Origin: an uncultured Cryomorphaceae bacterium
Lineage (GTDB): Bacteria; Bacteroidota; Bacteroidia; Flavobacteriales; UBA7430
DNA length: 64,000 nucleotides
Direction: 5' to 3'
NCBI GenBank assembly: GCA_964516765.1
Contig: CAZEWZ010000002.1
Span: 45,801-109,800, forward strand
Part shown: positions 25,803 through 35,880 of the stretch, piece by piece
Layout of the letters: every line of letters starts with the position of its first letter
How positions within the stretch are numbered: position 1 is the first letter of the stretch
Notes under the pieces: generated by a model
Told to the model about the DNA's origin: nothing
Databases searched by the model: none
What the model saw: only the letters and a program-made list of their open reading frames with translations
Made by a program: the position numbers and the translations under genes

Positions 25803-28142
25803 TTAAAATATGACACGAAGAAGTACTGAGAATGTTCTTGGTGCTGATAACGATGCAGGCCGGAGTGATTGTTCAGAATTAAAAATATTATCTACATTAA
25901 ATAAAATTCTTGCATCTTCAGTCAGGTCGTATCCGATTCTAAAATCTAACATTAACAAGTCTCTGTTAAGCATTTCCCATGCATTTGTTGTGCCTAGATA
26001 CAAATCAAATAAAGGTTCAATGAATGCTTTATCAATATTTTCCATTCTACTATTAAATCGCATAGATAATCCTGAGCTGAATCGATTTCTCTCAAGATTT
26101 ATATCAAACTTAAATAGGTGTTTATATCTGTATTTTAGTATACCTGATGTATCTGAACTTGTTGTTAAATATGAGATTGGAGCATATTGTGGAATTGAGT
26201 CAGAGTCATAGCTTTCTATAAATTGATCATAAACATAATTGATATTATCAATTATTGGATTAGTATATGTATATCCCCCCAGTATTTGAATCTTTGTTTT
26301 GCCAATACTACCCTCTCCTGCTATAGAAAATTCTAAACCATCAATTTGTGTATTTCCGATATTTATTGATTTAAAGCCAAAGCCTAGAAGTTGCCCATCA
26401 TTAATAGTTCCCCATCTACCAAAACTAAATTCCATCATATTATCATATGACATTCTAAAAGCTGCTAAATCAATAAATCCTTTCCATTCTCCAATTTGGA
26501 GTCCCTGTTTGATTCCAAATTCACCGCTCCATCCGGTTTCTGGTTGAAGGCCTTCATTTGGAAAAATAGTCATGGGGCCAGTTTCGTAATTTACATATCG
26601 CTCTAGCATTGATGGAAAACGAATTCCCTCTCCATAAGATGCTCTGAAAAAGGTGGCTTGGCCTAAACGATAATTTATACCCCCTCGAAAAATTGGTTGA
26701 GAGATAACTTCACCAGAATAAATGAAGTGTTCGTATCTAGTCCCAATCGATACATTTAGTCTATTTTTTTTGAAGTCAGCTTGTGTGTACAACGAATTAT
26801 TTACGTTAATATGGTTTCCAAATACATCCTCGTCAGATCCTCTTTGAAGATTAAATGTATATCCCGATGTAATGGAAAGATTTTCGTTGAACATTTTTTG
26901 GATTTGCGCATCCAAATAACTTACCATGGAATATGTTGACGAATCTAAATCGGTGTATTTGCCAATAGGTTCGTCAAATGCACCATAAAATTTATGAAAA
27001 TATCTTCCGTTTAGAGAGTATTTTATATTTTTTTCATCATTATTATATGTTAGAAAGGGGTCAACTGTAATATACGCATTGTCATATGATGCTGGATCAT
27101 TATCCAACGGAGTATATGCAAGTGAATAATTTTGCCAAATAACGGGATCTTTTATTTCACTTCGCATTAGGTTAGTTTTAATTCCATAAATCAATCCTTC
27201 AACTTTTTGCGAATAAAAAGTTTTGTTGATGTTTATTCGGGCTCTTTTACTTGTAACGCCTTCATAGAATCCGGCGTCATGAAAAAGATTCATTCCCAAG
27301 ACAAAGTCTGAGTTATTTTTTTTGTGAGAATGTAAAAAAGAGTAATTACTACTTCGTTGAATTAACCCTTTATACCAATGATTATTGGCTGATCTAGGTT
27401 TCCCATAAATAGTTTCGTTTACTAAAAGTTTATTTAGCGGAATATCAGAGGGATATGCAGTTCTTATATTTATAGTTCCGTTTAAAGCTGCAGAGCCAAA
27501 TAATACTGATGACGCTCCTTTAATAATTTCAATTTGAGAAATATTTTCCATTGGAATTAATTGCCATTCAACACCTCCCTGATCTCCGTTCATTAGTGGT
27601 ATCCCATCCACCATTACCATCACCCGAGATCCTGCCCCATAGCTCCATCCACTCCCACTTCTAATATTTGCTTGACCGTCTACAATATGAACAGATGGAG
27701 ATTGATTCATTGTTTTGTCAAGAGAACTAGCGCTTTTATTTTCAATAAGACTCGGTTTTATTACATCCATGGAAACTGTAACTTCCTCTATCTTTTGCTC
27801 AAATTTCCCTGCGGAGATTACAATAGTTCCAAGCAGTTCGGAAGATTCGTTGAGGATAATATTAAGTGTATCTGATTTATCTGTCTTTGTACATATGTTT
27901 TTTTCTATATTTTCAAAACCAATAAACTGAAACAAGAGGTCATGACATCCGCTAGGTAAGGATATTTCGTAGTTCCCATTAAAATCTGTACTAGTTCCTA
28001 TTGTTGGGATAAAATTGACAGAAATATTTACTCCAATAAGTTCTTCATTATCTTGACTGAGAACTTTCCCGGTGATAATATTTTGAGCAAAAACAAAATA
28101 ATTGCTAAGAATTAAAAAGAGAGAAAATAATAATTTTTTCAT
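25803..28142 (-). CDS. TonB-dependent receptor (CarboxypepD_reg-like N-terminus + plug + barrel)
   Basis: It has a signal peptide and an ITGKV...E.L.GVNI regulatory-like domain. Plug motifs are IEIIKGASSVLFGSAALNGTINI. The C-terminal barrel ends in ...RTFSVLLRVIF. Confidence 0.85.
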   Translation of the reverse strand: MKKLLFSLFLILSNYFVFAQNIITGKVLSQDNEELIGVNISVNFIPTIGTSTDFNGNYEISLPSGCHDLLFQFIGFENIEKNICTKTDKSDTLNIILNESSELLGTIVISAGKFEQKIEEVTVSMDVIKPSLIENKSASSLDKTMNQSPSVHIVDGQANIRSGSGWSYGAGSRVMVMVDGIPLMNGDQGGVEWQLIPMENISQIEIIKGASSVLFGSAALNGTINIRTAYPSDIPLNKLLVNETIYGKPRSANNHWYKGLIQRSSNYSFLHSHKKNNSDFVLGMNLFHDAGFYEGVTSKRARININKTFYSQKVEGLIYGIKTNLMRSEIKDPVIWQNYSLAYTPLDNDPASYDNAYITVDPFLTYNNDEKNIKYSLNGRYFHKFYGAFDEPIGKYTDLDSSTYSMVSYLDAQIQKMFNENLSITSGYTFNLQRGSDEDVFGNHINVNNSLYTQADFKKNRLNVSIGTRYEHFIYSGEVISQPIFRGGINYRLGQATFFRASYGEGIRFPSMLERYVNYETGPMTIFPNEGLQPETGWSGEFGIKQGLQIGEWKGFIDLAAFRMSYDNMMEFSFGRWGTINDGQLLGFGFKSINIGNTQIDGLEFSIAGEGSIGKTKIQILGGYTYTNPIIDNINYVYDQFIESYDSDSIPQYAPISYLTTSSDTSGILKYRYKHLFKFDINLERNRFSSGLSMRFNSRMENIDKAFIEPLFDLYLGTTNAWEMLNRDLLMLDFRIGYDLTEDARILFNVDNIFNSEQSLRPASLSAPRTFSVLLRVIF

Positions 28143-28150
28143 AGCATTAG

Positions 28151-30619
28151 TTAAAATTGAGTAGTTAATTTAATAGAATATAGTCTTGGAGCACCTATAG
28201 ATGCTGGTCTTATTTGGTATTCTCTATTGAAAATATTTTCCACTAAAAATTGAAAAGTTAGAATTTCTTTAAAACGATAAGAAATGCGCATGTCAGTTAT
28301 AAAATCCCCTGAGGTTAGTTTTGTTCTAGATTTTTTAATTCCTGTATCAAATATATTTGCATCTGCAAAAGTAAATATATCAAGAACTTCTGCATTAAAA
28401 GCACCACTTTCAAAAAGGTTGTCAACATTTTCCATGAATGAATTATAGTGGATGTGCGCACCTAGTGTCCATTGATTTCTAGAAAGTTGAAGATCTAATT
28501 TAGCTATGTGTCTATAGCGATATTTTAGTATTTCACTATCTGGATTTGAACTCGTAGAATTAAAAGAGAGTTCACTTTGCTGAGCGGCAATTTGTTCAAT
28601 AATTGGAATTAATGTTTCATCAATTTGTCCTTGTTCAACTAAATTTGCCACCAAATTGTCAAGCTGATTATTGTAATTATCGTAAACTAAATTAGCATTT
28701 GTAGCTCTTGGAGACATATAAGTATAGCTCAAACGGGAACTCAAGTCCCATTGAGCCAGTTTACCTTCTAACAAGATAGAGCCTTCTATTCCTGAAATTT
28801 TTGTTTGTCCAACATTAATCGGTTTAAATCCTATTCCCAGTGGATTAAGGCGAGTAGAATCTCCCCATAGTCCATAGCTATATTCGACCATATCATTATA
28901 TTGCATGTGGAATATTGCAATATCTATGTATGTTTTTAACTGCTTTTTGTGAATCCATTTGTGTTTGAAACCAATCTCTGCGGAGTAACCTGTTTCGGGC
29001 TTAAGCAGTGGATTGGAATAAATCGAAATCTCTCCTGCATCCTTGTATAGGAAAAGTTCGTACATAGAGGGGAATCGATATCCTTGACCTATTGATGCTC
29101 TAAAAAAGTTTCGGTGATTAAGTTCGTAATTAAGACCCATTCGAACTACTGGTTTTCCTTCTCTTTTATCTCTTATGTTATACTGCTCGTAACGCATTCC
29201 AATTGAGTATCTAAGTGGGCTAAGAGTAAAGTCATATTGGGAGAAAAGAGCATAATTAATTCCAGTTTTATCATTATTAAAAAAATCAGAAAGACCGATA
29301 TAATGATTCAAGTTTGCCCCTGAAGTCCAAGTTCCTTGAGAGTAAAATTTTTGAAAAAGGTATTCAGAGTAAAGTGCAATATAGTTGTTTGTTAATTGGC
29401 TACCATCGGGGTTAAAGTTAGTTTGTAGTAATCTGCCCATAAGTTGATGTTGAGTATTATTATTGCTGTTTCGGAATTTTAAGCGTGGAGAAATGCTTGT
29501 TTGAGCACTTTTAAACCTGGAGAAAGAAGCTTCGCTAAAAGATGTGTATCCTAGAGAATCACTTAGGTATAAAAAGCCATCTTGTTCGTCAAAACGAAGA
29601 TAGGAGCTATTTATTCCATAAGACAATCCTTTTATTTTATTGGAGAGGATTTCAGTATTCAAATATATTCTGATTCGTTCTTCTCCAATATGAACGGGTC
29701 TTTTTGTGGAATCCGATTCAATAATTATTCCTTGGTATCCCTCACTTTTGTGAGATTGAATCCCGAAATTATAACTATATTTATCTTTTTTATGGGCATG
29801 ATTAAAGTTGACACCATACTGCTCTAGTTCAATATTAGCTTGAGTCCACCAATTCAGTGATACTCGTTTAGCTTGGTCAAATCTTCCATAATAAGTTGAG
29901 AAATTAGTTCGAGGTTCTATTTCAGCTTTTTTACTAGTGATATTGATCACTCCGTTAAGAGCTGAAGAACCAAACAAAACAGAAGAGGCTCCTTTGATAA
30001 TTTCAATACGGTCGATATTTTCTGCAGGAATAAGTTCCCACTGAACTGCCCCAGAGACAGAATTAGTTACGGGCAAACCGTCTAATAGAACCAAGACCCT
30101 TGATCCAGCTCCATAACTCCATCCGCTTCCCCCACGAATATTAATTTGACCATCGATAATATGAATACTAGGTGCCTGCGCTATACTTCTTTCGACATTG
30201 TAATTAGAAAGATTTTCAATATAATCTCCTTTAAATACATCAAGAGATACAGTAATTTCTTCTAATTTTTGCTCAAATTTACCAGCGCTTAGGACCACTG
30301 TTTCAAGCTCTTCGATACTTTGCTTGAGTTCTATATTTAATTCTATGGTAATATTTGAACTTAAATTCATTTTTTTATTAAAACTCTGAAATCCTAAATG
30401 CTGAAATTTAAGTAGGTTTTCTCCTTCTTTTAAGTTTAATTTAAAAAAACCGTTTTCGTCACTAATTGTACTTTGACTCCCAGCAGTTAGTATATGTACA
30501 AATGAAATAGGCTCTTTAGATTTCTCCTCCACAATATATCCCTGAATAATGCATTGTGCACATAATGTGAAAGAAGGAAATATGAATATGAGAAGGTAGA
30601 ATTTTAATAAAAAGTTCAT
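28151..30619 (-). CDS. TonB-dependent receptor, tandem paralog of the downstream gene
   Basis: It has the same architecture and shared blocks (GKFEQKxEExTVSxDV, DGxPxxN...WxLIPxENIxxIEIIKGASSVLFGSxALNG, RPASxxAPR). It ends in ...RLYSIKLTTQF. An 8-nt gap separates it from the next receptor gene. Confidence 0.85.
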   Translation of the reverse strand: MNFLLKFYLLIFIFPSFTLCAQCIIQGYIVEEKSKEPISFVHILTAGSQSTISDENGFFKLNLKEGENLLKFQHLGFQSFNKKMNLSSNITIELNIELKQSIEELETVVLSAGKFEQKLEEITVSLDVFKGDYIENLSNYNVERSIAQAPSIHIIDGQINIRGGSGWSYGAGSRVLVLLDGLPVTNSVSGAVQWELIPAENIDRIEIIKGASSVLFGSSALNGVINITSKKAEIEPRTNFSTYYGRFDQAKRVSLNWWTQANIELEQYGVNFNHAHKKDKYSYNFGIQSHKSEGYQGIIIESDSTKRPVHIGEERIRIYLNTEILSNKIKGLSYGINSSYLRFDEQDGFLYLSDSLGYTSFSEASFSRFKSAQTSISPRLKFRNSNNNTQHQLMGRLLQTNFNPDGSQLTNNYIALYSEYLFQKFYSQGTWTSGANLNHYIGLSDFFNNDKTGINYALFSQYDFTLSPLRYSIGMRYEQYNIRDKREGKPVVRMGLNYELNHRNFFRASIGQGYRFPSMYELFLYKDAGEISIYSNPLLKPETGYSAEIGFKHKWIHKKQLKTYIDIAIFHMQYNDMVEYSYGLWGDSTRLNPLGIGFKPINVGQTKISGIEGSILLEGKLAQWDLSSRLSYTYMSPRATNANLVYDNYNNQLDNLVANLVEQGQIDETLIPIIEQIAAQQSELSFNSTSSNPDSEILKYRYRHIAKLDLQLSRNQWTLGAHIHYNSFMENVDNLFESGAFNAEVLDIFTFADANIFDTGIKKSRTKLTSGDFITDMRISYRFKEILTFQFLVENIFNREYQIRPASIGAPRLYSIKLTTQF

Positions 30620-30998
30620 AGAATAAATTGCAATTAATTTTCAAAAATAGGGTTTCTAAATGACAACATATAAAATTGTTTAATTGCTCGTTCTTTGAAA
30701 TCGTAAGGCACGGAATATATTGTTTTATAAAAACAATTAAATATTAGGGATTTCTGAATAGGTTTAATGCTTTGATATATTGTTTGTTAGATTTGTTAAT
30801 ATAGTTTGTCCAGCAATAAATTGTGTTTACATTAAGCATTAATTAAAGAAATTTTGTAATGATGCGTTACCATTATAATATTATTAATATTCTGACTATT
30901 TAACAATGTTTTTTAAAATAGTTAATTATGAAGTATTTATTGTCCTATTGGTTACAGTAGGAAATCAACATAGCTAGCTTATAAAAATTCTTTTTTGA

Positions 30999-31029
30999 TT
31001 TGTAGTGATAGAAAAATGTTTTAGGTTTG
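30999..31029 (+). promoter_or_regulatory. candidate Bacteroidota promoter TTTG-N19-TAGGTTTG for gdhA
   Basis: TTTG lies at 30999-31002 and TAGGTTTG at 31022-31029, separated by a 19-nt spacer. It is 29 nt upstream of the gdhA ATG. Confidence 0.55.
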
Positions 31030-31058
31030 CAAGGTGTTTATTAATCTAATTACATATA

Positions 31059-32399
31059 ATGCAGGCAAAAATTAAAGCTTTTGTAGACAGTATAAAAAAT
31101 AGAAACAGCAATGAACCGGAATTTATTCAAGCCGTTACTGAAGTTGCTGAGGCCGTTATCCCCTTTATCGAAAATCATCCAAAGTATAATCATTCCATGC
31201 TTCTTGAGCGTATGGTTGAACCTGAACGGGTAATCATGTTTCGCGTTCCTTGGTTAAACGACGCTGGAAATATTGAGGTAAACAGAGGTTTTCGCATAGA
31301 GATGAATAGTGCCATTGGGCCATTCAAAGGTGGGCTTCGCTTCCATCCCTCTGTGAATTTAGGAATCCTCAAATTTTTAGCATTTGAACAAGTATTTAAG
31401 AACAGCTTAACAACCCTTCCAATGGGAGGTGGTAAAGGCGGTGCTGATTTCAATCCAAAAGGAAAATCTGATAATGAGGTGATGCGTTTTTGTCAAAGTT
31501 TTATGTCAGAATTATTTCGTCATATTGGACCAAATACTGATGTTCCCGCTGGAGATATTGGCGTGGGTGGTCGTGAAATAGGTTTTATGTTTGGACAATA
31601 CAAACGTTTGAGAAATGAATTTACTGGAGTACTTACCGGTAAAGGTATAAGCTGGGGAGGTTCTCTAATTCGCCCAGAAGCTACTGGTTATGGTAACGTC
31701 TATTTTGCGAATCAAATGCTTAAGACAAAGAACGAGAGTTTTAAAGGAAAAACCGTCGTAATTTCTGGTTCTGGCAATGTAGCTCAATATGCCTGTGAAA
31801 AAGTCATAGAATTAGGAGGTAAAGTAGTTGCTATGTCAGATTCCTCAGGTCATATTTATGATGCTGAAGGAATTGATAAAGAAAAACTAACTTTTTTAAT
31901 GCATCTTAAAAATATTAAAAGAGGACGAATTAAAGAATATGCAGATTATTATTGTTGCGAATTTCACAAAGGCCAAAGACCTTGGTCTATTGCTTGTGAT
32001 ATAGCACTCCCCTGTGCTACTCAAAATGAGTTGAATGCCGAGGAAGCTAAATTACTGGTTGACCAAGGTTGTATATGTGTGAGTGAAGGAGCCAACATGC
32101 CAACAACTCCGGAAGCGGTTGAGGTCTTTGCAGTAAACAAGATATTGTTTGCTCCTGGTAAAGCTTCTAATGCTGGTGGGGTAGCAGTTTCTGGTCTCGA
32201 AATGTCTCAAAATTCACTTCGTTACAATTGGACAAGGAAAGAGGTTGATGTCAAATTACATGCCATCATAGTAGATATCCACAGAGCCTGCGTTTCATAT
32301 GGATCGGATGAAAATGGTAATGTAGACTATGTAAAAGGAGCAAATATTGCCGGTTTTGTCAAGGTAGCAGATGCTATGTTAGATCAAGGCGTTGTTTAA
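31059..32399 (+). CDS. gdhA: NADP-specific glutamate dehydrogenase
   Basis: 446 aa. It has the catalytic Lys block LPMGGGKGG, plus GPxxDVPAGDIGVG and GSGNVAQY dinucleotide motifs. Confidence 0.95.
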   Translation: MQAKIKAFVDSIKNRNSNEPEFIQAVTEVAEAVIPFIENHPKYNHSMLLERMVEPERVIMFRVPWLNDAGNIEVNRGFRIEMNSAIGPFKGGLRFHPSVNLGILKFLAFEQVFKNSLTTLPMGGGKGGADFNPKGKSDNEVMRFCQSFMSELFRHIGPNTDVPAGDIGVGGREIGFMFGQYKRLRNEFTGVLTGKGISWGGSLIRPEATGYGNVYFANQMLKTKNESFKGKTVVISGSGNVAQYACEKVIELGGKVVAMSDSSGHIYDAEGIDKEKLTFLMHLKNIKRGRIKEYADYYCCEFHKGQRPWSIACDIALPCATQNELNAEEAKLLVDQGCICVSEGANMPTTPEAVEVFAVNKILFAPGKASNAGGVAVSGLEMSQNSLRYNWTRKEVDVKLHAIIVDIHRACVSYGSDENGNVDYVKGANIAGFVKVADAMLDQGVV

Positions 32400-32427
32400 A
32401 TCTTCTATTTCATTTGAATTTAAAAAA

Positions 32428-32451
32428 AGCTTCCTAAAGGGAGCTTTTTTT
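32428..32451 (+). terminator. intrinsic terminator after gdhA
   Basis: AGCTTCC-TAAA-GGGAGCT forms a 7-bp stem including one G-U pair. It is preceded by an A-run and followed by T6 (32446-32451). Confidence 0.6.
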
Positions 32452-32546
32452 AATTTAACACAATAAGATTAATCAATCAAAATAGTATGTTTACCTTTGT
32501 GTAAACTTATTTGTTGCTTATAAATTTAACACAATAATTTTTTAAT

Positions 32547-33740
32547 ATGTACCCAAATTATATAGATTATTTGCAGTCTAAACTTGACGATATAAAGTCC
32601 TCAGGGCTTTATAAAAAAGAACGTATTATAGTTACACCTCAGGGTGGAGATATTCAGGTAAGTACAGGTGATAATGTTATTAATTTTTGTTCAAATAATT
32701 ATTTAGGATTATCTTCTCATAAAGATGTTATTCAAGCTTCAAAAAATGCTTTAGATACTCATGGTTATGGTATGTCATCGGTTCGTTTTATTTGTGGAAC
32801 ACAAGATATTCACAAAGAATTAGAGGGCAAGATTTCTTCTTTTTTAGGGATGGAAGATACCATTCTTTATGCAGCTGCTTTCGATGCTAATGGAGGATTA
32901 TTTGAGCCTCTTTTTACTGCAGAAGATGCTATCATTTCAGATGAACTTAATCATGCGTCAATTATTGATGGTGTTCGTTTGTGCAAAGCACAGCGTTTTC
33001 GTTATAGAAATAGCGATATGAAAGATTTAGAAGTTCAACTACAGAATTCCAAATCTGCTCGATATCGGATTATTGTCACTGATGGTGTTTTTTCTATGGA
33101 CGGATACATAGCTAAACTAGACGCTATTTGCGATTTGGCAGACAAATATAATGCACTTGTTATGGTTGATGATTGCCATGCTACGGGTTTTGTTGGAAAA
33201 ACAGGGAGAGGGACTCACGAGCACTGTGGTGTTATGGGACGTGTAGATATTATTACAGGTACTCTAGGCAAAGCTCTTGGTGGTGCTATGGGTGGGTTTA
33301 CCTCGGCCAAAAAGGAAGTGATTGATGTTTTAAGGCAGCTTTCACGACCCTATTTATTTTCCAATTCATTAGCCCCATCTATTGTAGGCTCCTCAAATAA
33401 AGTTTTGGATTTATTGTCTAAATCCACTCAATTAAGAGATAAGTTAGAATCAAACGCCAAGCAATTTAGGGCCGGAATGCAAGCAGCTGGATTTGATCTG
33501 CGTTCGGGTGATCATGCAATTATTCCTGTTATGCTTTATGATGCAGAATTATCCCAAAGATTTTCTGATCGCTTGTTGGAAGAAGGAATTTATGTGATTG
33601 GATTTTTCTATCCAGTGGTTCCAAGGAATTTAGCTCGTATTCGCGTACAGATTTCCGCAGCACACGAATCTGAACACATCGAGAAGGCAATTGCCGCTTT
33701 TACTAAAGTAGGGAAAGAATTAGGTGTGTTAAAACCCTAA
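32547..33740 (+). CDS. kbl: glycine C-acetyltransferase (2-amino-3-ketobutyrate CoA ligase)
   Basis: 397-aa alpha-oxoamine synthase pattern: [24 protein letters not shown], and the PLP-Lys block [10 protein letters not shown]. Confidence 0.9.
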   Translation: MYPNYIDYLQSKLDDIKSSGLYKKERIIVTPQGGDIQVSTGDNVINFCSNNYLGLSSHKDVIQASKNALDTHGYGMSSVRFICGTQDIHKELEGKISSFLGMEDTILYAAAFDANGGLFEPLFTAEDAIISDELNHASIIDGVRLCKAQRFRYRNSDMKDLEVQLQNSKSARYRIIVTDGVFSMDGYIAKLDAICDLADKYNALVMVDDCHATGFVGKTGRGTHEHCGVMGRVDIITGTLGKALGGAMGGFTSAKKEVIDVLRQLSRPYLFSNSLAPSIVGSSNKVLDLLSKSTQLRDKLESNAKQFRAGMQAAGFDLRSGDHAIIPVMLYDAELSQRFSDRLLEEGIYVIGFFYPVVPRNLARIRVQISAAHESEHIEKAIAAFTKVGKELGVLKP

Positions 33741-33961
33741 AATTATATGACTTTTGTCGAGTTTTGGAAGGTTTGAAATAGTAGTAAAGAGTTTTGATTG
33801 AGGCCCCTTGTATGGTTTTGTATTCATCTAATGCATCGTGTGGAAAAATAAATTCTTATCAGGTTTCTATTTGTCGAAAAAATATCTAACTTTGCCCACC
33901 GTTTTTATAGACATATTTTGTTTATAATCAATGAAATTAATTAACCTAAATCAGTAACAAG

Positions 33962-34417
33962 GTGAATACATTAAGCTACAAAACTGTTTCAGCAAACGCG
34001 CAAACCGTTCACAAAGAATGGTTGATGGTTGATGCTGAAGGGCAGTCATTGGGGCGTTTGGCATCCAGAGTTGCATTTCTAATTCGCGGAAAACACAAGC
34101 CTAGTTTTACTCCTCATGTAGATTGTGGAGACAATGTGATTGTAATCAACTGCGAAAAAGTTCAGCTCACAGGCAAAAAGTGGGAAGCCAAAGAATACAT
34201 TCGACACACAGGTTATCCTGGTGGACAACGTAGCGCTACAGCAAGAGAAGTGTTTGAGAAAGACCCGACCCGTTTAGTTACAAAAGCGGTTTATGGTATG
34301 CTTCCAAAAAACAAATTAGGGGCTCAACTGAATCGTAATTTACGTGTTTTTGTCGGCGATGTACACGGATTAGATGCTCAAAAGCCAAAACAAATCAACT
34401 TAAAAGATATCAAATAA
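33962..34417 (+). CDS. rplM: 50S ribosomal protein L13
   Basis: The L13 signature is W.VVDA.GQ.LGRLAS..A..LRGKHKP.FTPH.D.GD.V.V.N. It has a GTG start, as in the track. Confidence 0.95.
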   Translation: MNTLSYKTVSANAQTVHKEWLMVDAEGQSLGRLASRVAFLIRGKHKPSFTPHVDCGDNVIVINCEKVQLTGKKWEAKEYIRHTGYPGGQRSATAREVFEKDPTRLVTKAVYGMLPKNKLGAQLNRNLRVFVGDVHGLDAQKPKQINLKDIK

Positions 34418-34418
34418 G

Positions 34419-34805
34419 ATGGAAGTTGTTCACACAATCGGTAGAAGAAAAAAAGCGATAGCTCGTGTTTACCTTACAGACGGTAAAGGTGCAGTTACAA
34501 TTAACGGTAGAGATGTAAAAGATTACTTCTCTACAGCGACGTTACAATACAAACTTGAGCAAGCACAAGTTTTGGCCGGTGTTGAGGGGATCTATGACAT
34601 TAATGTAAATGTTGATGGCGGTGGAATTACTGGCCAGGCAGAAGCAATTCGATTAGGAATTTCTCGAGCCTTGATTAAAATTGATCCTGATCACAGATTG
34701 GCACTTAAGCCACATGGATTGCTTACTCGTGACCCTAGAATGGTAGAACGTAAAAAGCCCGGTCAGAAGAAAGCTCGTAAGAAATTCCAGTTCTCTAAAC
34801 GTTAA
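34419..34805 (+). CDS. rpsI: 30S ribosomal protein S9
   Basis: GRRK.A.ARV...G.G...ING, ending in the canonical ...KKARKKFQFSKR. It starts 1 nt after the rplM stop. Confidence 0.95.
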   Translation: MEVVHTIGRRKKAIARVYLTDGKGAVTINGRDVKDYFSTATLQYKLEQAQVLAGVEGIYDINVNVDGGGITGQAEAIRLGISRALIKIDPDHRLALKPHGLLTRDPRMVERKKPGQKKARKKFQFSKR

Positions 34806-34895
34806 TATTGGTTTAGTATCTAAATTGCTAAGACTGCTGAGGCATTACTTAGTAATTGCGAAAAAACGTAAAAAGAAAGTAAACAAAAAACACAC

Positions 34896-35822
34896 ATGAC
34901 TAAAGTTACAGAACTTTTAGATGCAGGAGTTCATTTTGGACACCTCACAAGAAAATGGAATCCCAACATGGCTCCCTATATTTTTATGGAGAGAAATGGA
35001 ATCCACATTATTGATTTGAACAAAACAAAGGTCAAACTAGATGAGGCCGCCGAAGCGATGAAAAAAATTGCTCGTTCGGGAAGAAAAATCATGTATGTGG
35101 CTACAAAAAAGCAAGCTAAAGAGATAGTAGCCAAAGCTGCCCAAGATGTCAATATGCCATATATTACAGAGCGTTGGCCTGGCGGAATGTTAACAAACTT
35201 CGTTACAATCCGTAAGGCTGTCAAGAAAATGTCTTCCATTGATAAAATGAAAGCTGATGGTACATTCTTGGTTCTTTCTAAGAGAGAGCGACTTCAAATT
35301 GATCGTCAAAGAGCCAAGTTGGAAAAGAATTTAGGTTCTATCTCTGAAATGTCCCGTTTGCCTGCAGCTCTATTTGTTGTAGATGTTAAGCGTGAGGCAA
35401 TTGCAATAGCTGAAGCTAGGAAATTAAGTATTCCGACTTTTGCAATAGTAGATACTAACTCAGATCCAGAATTAGTCAACTTTCCTATTCCTGCAAATGA
35501 CGATGCTTCTAAATCAATAACCATCATTATTGATGCATTGAATGCTGGTGTAACCCGAGGTTTATCCGAAAGAAAGAAGGAAAAAGATCTTCAAGCGGCT
35601 GCAAAGAAAGACTCAGAAAATCAAGTTGCTAGTAAGGATCAAGTTGAAGATAGGGTGGAATTAAAAGCAGAAGAAAAAGTTAAAGTTGATGCGAAATCGG
35701 AACCTGAATTTAAGGTCAATGAAGAAATCGTTGCGAAGAAAAAAGTAGCTAAAAAAAGAATAGTTAAAAAATCTGCTTTAGATACTAAGTCTTCTCCAGA
35801 TAACAATTCTGAAAAAGTTTAA
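34896..35822 (+). CDS. rpsB: 30S ribosomal protein S2 with Lys/Glu-rich C-terminal extension
   Basis: LL.AGVHFGH..R.WNP.M..YIF..RNGIHIIDL..T, and later DTN.DP. About 60 extra low-complexity K/E-rich residues sit at the C-terminus. Confidence 0.95.
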   Translation: MTKVTELLDAGVHFGHLTRKWNPNMAPYIFMERNGIHIIDLNKTKVKLDEAAEAMKKIARSGRKIMYVATKKQAKEIVAKAAQDVNMPYITERWPGGMLTNFVTIRKAVKKMSSIDKMKADGTFLVLSKRERLQIDRQRAKLEKNLGSISEMSRLPAALFVVDVKREAIAIAEARKLSIPTFAIVDTNSDPELVNFPIPANDDASKSITIIIDALNAGVTRGLSERKKEKDLQAAAKKDSENQVASKDQVEDRVELKAEEKVKVDAKSEPEFKVNEEIVAKKKVAKKRIVKKSALDTKSSPDNNSEKV

Positions 35823-35880
35823 TATTCATAGAAGAACAGATTTTATCTAGTTCATCCACTAATCTTTATGTCCTGTAATT

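Noticed and set aside
25810-30000. Several 65-133-aa plus-strand ORFs inside the two TonB-dependent receptor genes, and similar ones inside mfd, the giant protease and the MMPL gene.
   Set aside because: They are all antisense or out-of-frame within long, motif-supported genes. They have biased composition and no independent start context or motif.
33870-33894. A promoter for rplM (TAACTTTG at 33887-33894 with TTTG at 33870-33873).
   Set aside because: The -7 box matches, but the spacer to the TTTG is only 13 nt. The element at the correct spacing is TTTC. This is too uncertain to list as a feature.
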